IMG/VR virus record: IMGVR_UViG_3300021964_000045
Span: 12,859 to 76,858 of that record
Reading direction: 5' to 3' (one strand)
Source: a virus
DNA: 64,000 nt
The notes under the pieces were generated by a model, which did no database searches, had not been told where the DNA came from, and saw only the letters and a program-made list of their open reading frames with translations. The position numbers and the translations under genes are program-made. Below are positions 19,501 through 27,444 of this stretch, in pieces. Position 1 is the first letter of the stretch, and each line of letters opens with the position of its first letter.

Positions 19501-21640
19501 TCAAATGAAAGGGTGTGTTGAATTAATTACTGCAGAAAACACATATGACACTTTTCAATCAGAACCTATTTTTTCAGGTGATATTTATGTAAATAGATAC
19601 ACAGAAAAAACAATCATGCCTATCTTTGCTGATTTTTTAAATGGACAACCTGATCAATTTACTTATGATTATTTACAAAGAATAAATATTCCTTACCCAA
19701 GATTTTGGATGGACACAAGGAAATTTGACACTTCTGCTTTAGCAATGGAAATTGTTACGCTTGGTTTTGCAGACACAAAAAATCAAGCTTTACCAAATGA
19801 TTTATTTTATTTAGATAGAGGGATAAATAGTTGTGGAACTGGTTTTTCAGATGTATTTAAAGGTAATGATCCTAATCAAGCTTTCAATATGACAACAGCA
19901 TATATGTATACTCATGTAAATGGTGTACAAGATTTTTATGTTGAGTCTGAATATAATTTAGCTTATAGAGATTGGGATGATCAAGATGATAAAAGACATT
20001 ATGATTCATATGAGTTTGCAGAAGTTGATGCTTTATTTCATGCTGATCACATTAAAAAAGGTAACTTTTATAAATATGATTTATCATTAAGTGTAAGCAA
20101 GATGATAACTCAGGTTACTTCTTTTGGTAATGTTCAACCTAGAGATTATGATCCTACAATAGCTGAAAATTGTTATCAGCATTATCCTAAAAGATTAATT
20201 TATTCTTTGCAGGCTAAACAAGAAGCTAAGAAAGATTTTTGGCGTGTGTTTTTAGCAAACAACTATAAAGATTTTAAAACTAAGGTTAATGTAATAAAAC
20301 CAATTAATAAAAGTGGTGCTATTATATTTTTTCCATATCAGTCACCTCAGATGTTCCAGGGTGTAGATCAACTACAAACAGACTTAGGAGTTAAGGTAAC
20401 AATAGGAGATGGTGGTTTATTTAATCAACCTTTTCAAAATATTGTTAACTCTGATTTGTCAAATGAACATGGCTCATCTGAAAGTGCAAGATCTGTTGTT
20501 AATACACCAATGGGTTTATTTTATATATCACAAGCCCAAGGTAAAATATTTCATTATACCGGAAGGTTAGATAACATATCAAATGTTGGTATGAAGCAAT
20601 GGTTTAATAAATACTTACCATCTCAATTAATAAAACAGTTTCCAGAATTAGAGTTTAGTAAACTATCAGATAACCCTGTTGTTGGTATAGGTTGTCAGTC
20701 TATATTTGACCCTAACTATAATATTGTATATTTTACTAAAAAAGATTATAGAGTAAAAGAAAGATACTTAGATCAGAATTCAAGATTAGGTTTTGTTGTT
20801 TTTGAAAATGGTAATTTCTTATTCAAAAGAAGTGCAACATCTGCTGGTTTTTTAATTAGCATAGGTGATCCTACTTTCTTTGAAGATGCATCTTGGACTG
20901 TGTCTTATGACCCAAAAATAAAAGCATGGATATCATTTCACGATTGGCATCCTGAACTTGTACTACCTAGTATAAATAACTTTTTAACTACTAAGACAGA
21001 TACTAATCCAGCTGCTAGAAATAAAGGTAGTATATGGAGACATAACAGCAGATGTGATTTATATAGTAATTACTATGATGTTGATTATCCTTGGGAGGTT
21101 GAAATAATAGAAAATACAGGCTCTAATGTTAATACATTAAGAAGTGTAGAATATCAGTTAGAATCTTATGTTTATAAAGGTGATTTAGAAAATGGTTGTG
21201 CTGATGATAGATGGCATGATTTAGATTACAATTTTAATGAAGCTATAATTCATAATTCAGAACAAGTATCTGGTTTACTAAGATTAAATTTAAATCCTAA
21301 AGAAGATCCTTATGGTGCACTACAATATCCAATAGTTGGTTTAAATGATATTAATATTCTTTATTCAAAGGAAGAACAAAAATATAGATTTAATCAATTT
21401 TGGGATATTACAGATGACCGTGGTGAATTTACTGGTGTACAACGTAGTGCTTTTATAACTCAAATAAATGGATATATAAAAGATTTAAATTTTGCAAATC
21501 TTAACTATTCTAAAGAAGAGGTTCAACGTAAGAAATTTAGACATTATTATAATAAAGTTTTATTAAGAAGAAGAGTATCTGGTAATAGAAAAATGTTAAT
21601 AAAACTAGCAAGTACAAAACTTAATAATTCTTTTAGATAA
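16553..21640 (+). CDS. Tail stabilization/muzzle protein (P22 gp10-like, crAss-type), 1695 aa
   Basis: N-terminal KGMVKD...HARN, beta-propeller-like repeats, WTVSYDPKIKAWISFHDW; position in the tail block. Confidence 0.75.
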   Translation: MAKKRNTKKASKPNLQNTSSVDIRIFLKGMVKDPNASFQQKDTWSHARNAINNSVDGDVGLLGNEPANVACGRAPYTIIGAVHTYSDQWIIYSTDNVNSEIGLFDDSKCEYTTLVNDPCLAFNQHHLITGAAKENFDCTWQVYWDDGNNPSRTLNIDDIPWKQIVVSNPGDPCVIYEDTNDLDCEKIRLAPLLDTPCVKIKKSESGGQLRNGSYQVFIAYTVNEQKVTDYIGVSNIQSLFDHAGTSGSLAINVTNLDKEFDYYELVILSNNQENTVAKKIGLYSTEQSDIEIDYIDQSLVTVPLEFIPLRTPAYEKSDAMYVVNDYLIRQGPTEQFDFNYQPLANKIKTRWTVAEYPADYYYKSGNKTGFMRDEQYAFFIRWIYNTGERSSSYHIPGRAPRTNGVNQFGQTVDETAINVTQNALNGTEQNYQVYNTATITQPSLSIPTGDGGTIIAKGDMAYWESTEKYPATRPDLWNTSSNPIWGGGNPDYDLCGLPIRHHKMPTEEIGSQLMLSGLNAGGANTIRILGVEFYDIQPPLDNDGNLITNIVGYEILRGSREGHRSILAKGIFRNMRVYDIPDGGQTLGNDKGLYPNYPYNDLRPDIFFHDGKKNDQHRTDGCDNFTQSKNNYKPLTGYKKDYFTFHSPELMFRKPFLNAYETRIYGELNGESVGKFIKSENHPQNKLLRNGAAIVAGLFGIGYAVRQVQGETTKEQQALQGFNPIYAPWFVGGPGSTGGTFTGGFTAASGTIPLMAGGSAIANILVNELLKNAVDVSDIYTGGLVSDLVLEGRGATSFLATAAPGTMGGGVNRGVTYTSPDSAIPSLLGVAMGLVIAQKNITIGAQELIDLMYNLVAEDDFAFKYNSHGFYNFFRKRLSNQLYRTKNKNANYVKSSFQEFEGFKINNLFRPMTVAIATEDEFDNPIKLDNSRYAIGGDATSDYLDNFLENPEQEQTRNISALYGGLKFEFENQYGQLDGIKQVQMKGCVELITAENTYDTFQSEPIFSGDIYVNRYTEKTIMPIFADFLNGQPDQFTYDYLQRINIPYPRFWMDTRKFDTSALAMEIVTLGFADTKNQALPNDLFYLDRGINSCGTGFSDVFKGNDPNQAFNMTTAYMYTHVNGVQDFYVESEYNLAYRDWDDQDDKRHYDSYEFAEVDALFHADHIKKGNFYKYDLSLSVSKMITQVTSFGNVQPRDYDPTIAENCYQHYPKRLIYSLQAKQEAKKDFWRVFLANNYKDFKTKVNVIKPINKSGAIIFFPYQSPQMFQGVDQLQTDLGVKVTIGDGGLFNQPFQNIVNSDLSNEHGSSESARSVVNTPMGLFYISQAQGKIFHYTGRLDNISNVGMKQWFNKYLPSQLIKQFPELEFSKLSDNPVVGIGCQSIFDPNYNIVYFTKKDYRVKERYLDQNSRLGFVVFENGNFLFKRSATSAGFLISIGDPTFFEDASWTVSYDPKIKAWISFHDWHPELVLPSINNFLTTKTDTNPAARNKGSIWRHNSRCDLYSNYYDVDYPWEVEIIENTGSNVNTLRSVEYQLESYVYKGDLENGCADDRWHDLDYNFNEAIIHNSEQVSGLLRLNLNPKEDPYGALQYPIVGLNDINILYSKEEQKYRFNQFWDITDDRGEFTGVQRSAFITQINGYIKDLNFANLNYSKEEVQRKKFRHYYNKVLLRRRVSGNRKMLIKLASTKLNNSFR

Positions 21641-24600
21641 TGAAGAAGAAATTTGAATACACGGAAACAAAAGGATTACCGGGAGGACCTAATGAATACA
21701 TAACTCATGTATCAGGTATGTTTAGTACTGAAGGGTATAAAAGAAACTCACCTGATGTAAACAATCCTTACAATATAATTCCTTCTGGGTCTATAACAAT
21801 GAAAGGTGTAGACTTCCCTGTTATGGGAACAGATAATCTGGGTAATAGCAAAGCAATGATACCGGGTAATGATTATCAATTTCCTGGAGATATGGTATTT
21901 GAAACTCCTATGTATAAAAGAGGGGGTGGTTTATTAACTAAGACTATGAAGTGTAATAACTGCAGTTGGGAATGGAAAGCTGCAGATGGAGGTAATGATG
22001 TAACAACGTGTCACAAATGTGGAGGAGAAGCTTTACCTAAAGCTCAAGATGGAAATGGAGAATATATAGTTAAATCAGGAAATACTTTTGATGGGATTGC
22101 TAATAAATTAGGTATTGATAAACAAGCTCTTAGAGAAGCTAATCCTGGAATAGATTATAATAAACTTAAAATAAATCAATTAATTAAATTACCTACACAA
22201 GTTGTACAGAAACCTGTACAACAACCTGAAGAAACATCAAAAGCAGTTGTTAAAAAAGAACCATTTAATAATTATACAATTACTCCAGATTTACTTTATA
22301 AACAAGCTTATGTAGAATCAAGGCTTGAACCTAAAGCAAAAAATAGTTTAGGGTATATGGGTTTAGGGCAGATAGGGGAAGGTGTTATAACTGATTATAA
22401 AAGAGCAACAGGGGTTAAAGAAGTAGATCCATATGATCCAAAACAAAATCATGATGTACAAGAGTGGTCAATGAATGAATTATATAATGCTTCATTTATA
22501 GATAAACCAGGTGCCACTGCAGAAAATAGATTGATTAAGGCTTTAGCTTCTTATAATTATGGACGAGGTAAAGTAAAAGATATATTAGAAGCAGAAAAAG
22601 CTAAAGGTAATGATATTTACAAAAGTAATGATTGGACAAAACAATTACCTAAAGAAACAAGAGAGTATATAGATATGATTGTTTATAATGGTAAAACTGA
22701 AAAGAGACCCAATGTGCAAGAAAATTATCTTAATGCTACAACAGATGATTCTTATAAAGATTTAAGAAGTATATATAAGTTTCAACTTAAAGGTGAAGTA
22801 AATTCTAAATCTGCAGCTGTATTTGATATACCATCTTACTATGGTGATTTGGGTAGAAGATTTGTGCAAGAACAAAGAATTGTTGCTCAAGATAATACAA
22901 GGGTTAGTATACCTGCCGTAAATAAAGAACTGGCTTTCTTTAATAAAATAGAAAAACAAGATTTAAGTAATTTTAAATATGATGTAAGACCAATAGAAAT
23001 TGCAAGAGATAATACAAATGTTGTATTACCCGGTAGACCGGAATTAAATACATCTTCTCCTGAACAATTAGATATTGCAGGTAGACAATTAGAACGGCCT
23101 AATTTAGCACGTCAATTTACAGAAGCAGTAAATGAGTATACTCCAAAAAATAAGTATGAAAAGGATTATGCAAATGCTTCATCAGATGAAATAAAAAATC
23201 TTCAAAGAACTTTAATTAAAGAAGGTTATGGTAGTTTATTGGGTGAATTTGGTGAAGAAGGAAATGGTGTAGATGGTAAATTTGGACCTAAAACAAAAGC
23301 TGCTTATAACAGTTTGATTTCTGACGGAAATTTAGGTTTAAATAATATTGATAAATATTATAAAAAATATTCTAACAATAATAAAGCAGATGTAATAAAA
23401 ATTCAAAATACTCTTGTAGAACAAGGTTATTTACCAGAAAAAACAAAAGATGGTAAAAGTAATATAGATGGTAAATTTGGAGACAGAACTAAACTTGCAC
23501 TTCAAGAATATAACTCATCCACCAAAGATGAAGATCCTAATGCTTTTATATTTAATAATATACCAAATAAATTAGAAGATCCAAGATGTGCTGCTGGTAT
23601 GTGTTCTATACTTGAAGATAACAATATAATAACAGAAGCTCTTGGTATAAAGTATAAGAATGCTTGGGACATACATGAAAATATGAGGAATGCAGGTAAT
23701 AGTCAAAGTATATACAATATATATGATGAACCTGAATTTGCTAATTTGGGTCCAGGTACATCTGCTGAAGAACTTAAATCAATAACAAAGGAAGTTAAAC
23801 AACGCTCACAAACAAAAGAATCAGATTATGAAGTTGGAGATATTGTTGGTTTGTATTGGCCTAATTCACAGTATCATGAAGAAACTTTGAAAAATTCAAA
23901 AACGTTTAATACACACGTTGGTTTTGTTTCTGATTTTGATAAGAATGGTAAACCCATTATAACCCATAACGTTAGTGGTAATGTCTTACAGCAACCGTAT
24001 GATCAGCTTCAAACAACTTGGATATCAAGACCAGAAAAAAATGTAAAACTTAACAAAAAGTATGATGCTTCTGAATATCAAAAAATAGAAGTAGATGAAA
24101 ATCTTATTTCTAATTTTGAAGCAAAAAAGGAAAGACCTTTAACAACTAATGAAAGAGATGTTGTTGGTAATATAATGAAGAGGTCAAGATATAATGCACA
24201 AGCTATTCCTGAAATGCTTAATTCATCAGTTGACAGAAATTGGTTAGAAGCAGCAACATTTGCAATAACAGGTGTTGAAAGTTCTGCGGGAATTTCACCA
24301 AATACACCAAGAACTGTAGAAGAAGCAGCTAGTCAAAATTATGGTTTGCAGGGGTTAGCATATACTATTAAAGATAAAACATCAGAAGATATATCATTAG
24401 GTGTGGCCAAAACAAAGTTTAATTCTTTAGATAATTTTGCAAAAGAGTATTTTAATATTAATAGCCCAGAAGATCTGGCCAATGATAATAAAGCAACAGA
24501 TGCAGTAAGTTATTTATTAGTTAAGCATTATGAATTATTTAAAAATTATTCTCAACAATATCCAGAGTTAGGGCTAACAGATCAAGACATTAAAAACATG

Positions 24601-25104
24601 TCTATTTTAGCACATAATCAAGGTACAAATATGCTATTAAAAACAGGAAGAAATTTATCTGGACCTGGAGATAATAGATCAATAGAAGAACAAATTGAAA
24701 GTTTAAGAAAACTATATCAAGGAAAGATAAAAGATGTATCATCTACAAAACTTAAGTATCTTGGTGACGTTGGTGAATTTATTTATAATCTTACTAAAGA
24801 TGAAGGTGATGAAACTTACGTGTCTAAATCAAATAGATACATAGATGAAGTTTACAATAAAAATAAAAAACAATATGTAAATGTTGATAGCCGTAAACCT
24901 AAGCCATCAATAATGGCAAAAGGCGGTGAGTATCAAGTATTTAGCAATTATGTAAATGGAATGTACGATAATACACCTAATGATAAAGAAGCTAAAAAAA
25001 TATATGACAAATTAAATAGAGTACACTACAAAGATGCAAAGAAAGCTGGCACAACAGTTCCTAATTACATTTTAAGTGTGTTAATGAATACAGCTAATGA
25101 TTAG
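21640..25104 (+). CDS. Virion-associated multi-domain peptidoglycan hydrolase (Zn ribbon, LysM, SLT, 2x PG-binding, CHAP/NlpC-like, second SLT-like), 1154 aa
   Basis: LysM YIVKSGNTFDGIANKLG...ANP; SLT YVES...GLGQI...ASYNYG...ETREY; two DGKFG.kT repeats; RCAAG...NAWD...GDIV...THVG; GVES...LGVAK...AHNQG. Confidence 0.85.
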   Translation: MKKKFEYTETKGLPGGPNEYITHVSGMFSTEGYKRNSPDVNNPYNIIPSGSITMKGVDFPVMGTDNLGNSKAMIPGNDYQFPGDMVFETPMYKRGGGLLTKTMKCNNCSWEWKAADGGNDVTTCHKCGGEALPKAQDGNGEYIVKSGNTFDGIANKLGIDKQALREANPGIDYNKLKINQLIKLPTQVVQKPVQQPEETSKAVVKKEPFNNYTITPDLLYKQAYVESRLEPKAKNSLGYMGLGQIGEGVITDYKRATGVKEVDPYDPKQNHDVQEWSMNELYNASFIDKPGATAENRLIKALASYNYGRGKVKDILEAEKAKGNDIYKSNDWTKQLPKETREYIDMIVYNGKTEKRPNVQENYLNATTDDSYKDLRSIYKFQLKGEVNSKSAAVFDIPSYYGDLGRRFVQEQRIVAQDNTRVSIPAVNKELAFFNKIEKQDLSNFKYDVRPIEIARDNTNVVLPGRPELNTSSPEQLDIAGRQLERPNLARQFTEAVNEYTPKNKYEKDYANASSDEIKNLQRTLIKEGYGSLLGEFGEEGNGVDGKFGPKTKAAYNSLISDGNLGLNNIDKYYKKYSNNNKADVIKIQNTLVEQGYLPEKTKDGKSNIDGKFGDRTKLALQEYNSSTKDEDPNAFIFNNIPNKLEDPRCAAGMCSILEDNNIITEALGIKYKNAWDIHENMRNAGNSQSIYNIYDEPEFANLGPGTSAEELKSITKEVKQRSQTKESDYEVGDIVGLYWPNSQYHEETLKNSKTFNTHVGFVSDFDKNGKPIITHNVSGNVLQQPYDQLQTTWISRPEKNVKLNKKYDASEYQKIEVDENLISNFEAKKERPLTTNERDVVGNIMKRSRYNAQAIPEMLNSSVDRNWLEAATFAITGVESSAGISPNTPRTVEEAASQNYGLQGLAYTIKDKTSEDISLGVAKTKFNSLDNFAKEYFNINSPEDLANDNKATDAVSYLLVKHYELFKNYSQQYPELGLTDQDIKNMSILAHNQGTNMLLKTGRNLSGPGDNRSIEEQIESLRKLYQGKIKDVSSTKLKYLGDVGEFIYNLTKDEGDETYVSKSNRYIDEVYNKNKKQYVNVDSRKPKPSIMAKGGEYQVFSNYVNGMYDNTPNDKEAKKIYDKLNRVHYKDAKKAGTTVPNYILSVLMNTAND

Positions 25105-25119
25105 GCATTCTCACCAATA

Positions 25120-25133
25120 TTTTGTATATTAAT
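25120..25133 (+). promoter_or_regulatory. Putative phage (late) promoter motif TTTTGTATATTAAT
   Basis: Recurrent motif upstream of 25151. Confidence 0.65.
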
Positions 25134-25150
25134 TATATATATTATTATCA

Positions 25151-27442
25151 ATGAAAGCAAATAAAAAAAGTTTATACCAAGAAGGTGGTTCAGTAGATAA
25201 AGAGTCTATTAATCCTGTAGTTAATGAACTTTCTGCAGTTATAAAAAGTAATATAGAAAATGGAGGTTCCCCGGAAGAAGTATTAAAAACTTTTTTATTA
25301 CAAGGTATACCTGTTGATCAGCTTACAATAGCCTTTGAATCAGCTGGTTATGATCCAGGAGCATTTGGTGAATTATTGCAAAATGTTGAAATAATGATGG
25401 CTCAAGAAGAACAAGCTCAACAACCAGAGCAGCAAGTTCAAGAGCAAATGCCTCCATCAATGATGCAACCAGAAAACATAGAACAACCTCAAATGCAATT
25501 TGGTGGTGGTACAAATGTATCATCTGGTTTTTTATCACAAAGCCCTCAAGACAAACGTCCTATTTATATGCCTCCAGTTCCTGCAAAAGGAAATTTATTG
25601 GGTGCTGCTTTTTTATTAGATGACGCAGCTGGAAGATTATTTTCAGGAGAAGATGCCAACAATGATGGTGTTATGGATGGAACATTTAGAGACTGGAGTG
25701 CAAAACGAGCAAGATATAAAAAGAAGCAGTTAGGTAATAGAAGTTACACTGTAGATTACAAAGGTTTAGATCCTGCTGATTATGCACCTAATTGGGAAGA
25801 TTTAGCAGATTTAACAGAGACAAAATTTTCAAAGTTTTTTAAAGGTAAAAAAGAAAGAGAAAGAATAAACCAAGTACAGAATACAGGTTTGCAAACAAAA
25901 GAAGAGTTTGCTGAAAATATTTTTAAAAATAGTTTGGTAAACTTTGATCCAGAAACAAATAATTATACTGGTGTATTAGCATCAGATGAAGAAGACTATG
26001 ATGTATTAGGTAAAAAAACTAAAATAGATCTTGGTTTACTTGGACCAAAAAAAGAAAGAAAATTTAAAGATCCATCCTCTTGGTTTGGAAGAGAAGAAGC
26101 CCCTTTAAGTCAAAATGCTAATTCATTTCAGAATGTTGTAGAAAGATTAAACCAAGTAAATGATATAGATTCAGAAATGATGATTGAGGCTGCTACAAAT
26201 TATGAATCAGGTCAAGGCTTAAATGCAAATAGAAGTTCTTATGATAAAAGTTTATTAAGTCCTGAAGAATATGTAAAGGCACAAGCTGATTACAGAAATA
26301 TAATGCTTGGTAATATACCAATGGAATCAACAAATCCAGCTAATTTTATTACAAATACACCTAGTAAAGTAACAAAAACAGAACCGGTAGAACCAGAGCA
26401 ACAACAAAGATCTGTTGTAGAATTACCACGAGAAGAAGTAACATCTACACCGGAAGTTGATTCTTACAAGGATTGGGCTAAAAAAAATCAGGTTAGACTT
26501 CAATTAAAAGGGTTAACTACAGAGGCTCAACAACGAGCTGTTTATGAAGCTGAATCTGAATTTGAATTTAAATATGGAGGTGATTATTTACCTAAAGCTC
26601 AGATGCTTGGTGAATTTGATCCTAACAATCCATTTGGTTTACCTGACTTTTCTCAGATGGGTCAAACATCATACATAAATCCAGCAACTGGACAACCTTG
26701 GACTGCTGGTACACCTAGTACTACACCTAGTACTACACCTAGTACTACACCTTTACAAGATCAACAACCTGTTTATGCCAGTGGCCCAGGTTCTGGTATG
26801 GGAAGTATGTTCTTAGATCAACAAGCATTTCAGCAAGAGTTAGATGCATTAAATACATCTTTAGGGGATGCAGAAGAATCTACTGCAACAGCTTTAGGGG
26901 ATGCACAAGAACCTACTGTAAAAAGAAAAAGAACAGTGGGTAATGCTCTTAAGCAAGCTAAAACTTTTATAAAAGAAAATCCATCAATGAGGGCTTTTGG
27001 TGATGTTTCAGATTTTGTTGTTAAAGGTGCTAATATGGCCAATGAGCTTTTTACTCAGGCTAAATTTTATGACTATAAAAATGAATTAAGAAATTCAACA
27101 ATGGCTGACAAAGTCTATTTAGCTACAGAAAATCCCGTAAATAAAAGAGGTACCTTTGATGCTAATTTAGGTTTGGCAGAACCAGACAATCTTGTTGATT
27201 ATTATGCTCAAGCAATGTACGGAAAAGAAACGTACAAATCAGGTGGTGAGTTTGAACCACATATGATGTTTGATCCTGTATCAGGAAAAGGTTATAAAGC
27301 TAATGTAGAATCTGATCATAATAGATATGCTAAGTTAGGTTTCTTACATCAAGATGAAATGCAAAAAGGTGGAGAAGTAGAAATAGATAATGATACGCTA
27401 GCAGCATTAATAGCTGCAGGTGCAGATATAGAAATATTATAA
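25151..27442 (+). CDS. Probable internal virion/cargo protein (763 aa)
   Basis: Low complexity, Q/E/P-rich, repeated [MYF][QK]xGG motifs, located among ejection genes. Confidence 0.55.
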   Translation: MKANKKSLYQEGGSVDKESINPVVNELSAVIKSNIENGGSPEEVLKTFLLQGIPVDQLTIAFESAGYDPGAFGELLQNVEIMMAQEEQAQQPEQQVQEQMPPSMMQPENIEQPQMQFGGGTNVSSGFLSQSPQDKRPIYMPPVPAKGNLLGAAFLLDDAAGRLFSGEDANNDGVMDGTFRDWSAKRARYKKKQLGNRSYTVDYKGLDPADYAPNWEDLADLTETKFSKFFKGKKERERINQVQNTGLQTKEEFAENIFKNSLVNFDPETNNYTGVLASDEEDYDVLGKKTKIDLGLLGPKKERKFKDPSSWFGREEAPLSQNANSFQNVVERLNQVNDIDSEMMIEAATNYESGQGLNANRSSYDKSLLSPEEYVKAQADYRNIMLGNIPMESTNPANFITNTPSKVTKTEPVEPEQQQRSVVELPREEVTSTPEVDSYKDWAKKNQVRLQLKGLTTEAQQRAVYEAESEFEFKYGGDYLPKAQMLGEFDPNNPFGLPDFSQMGQTSYINPATGQPWTAGTPSTTPSTTPSTTPLQDQQPVYASGPGSGMGSMFLDQQAFQQELDALNTSLGDAEESTATALGDAQEPTVKRKRTVGNALKQAKTFIKENPSMRAFGDVSDFVVKGANMANELFTQAKFYDYKNELRNSTMADKVYLATENPVNKRGTFDANLGLAEPDNLVDYYAQAMYGKETYKSGGEFEPHMMFDPVSGKGYKANVESDHNRYAKLGFLHQDEMQKGGEVEIDNDTLAALIAAGADIEIL
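26710..26752 (+). repeat. 12-bp perfect tandem repeat (tacacctagtac, about 3.6 copies) encoding TPST
   Basis: Directly visible, in frame. Confidence 0.95.
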
Positions 27443-27444
27443 TC

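Noticed and set aside
4140-26752. CRISPR array or DGR suggested by repeats
   Set aside because: Repeats are in-frame coding units with no spacer periodicity; no cas or reverse transcriptase gene, and no adenine-specific TR/VR pair seen
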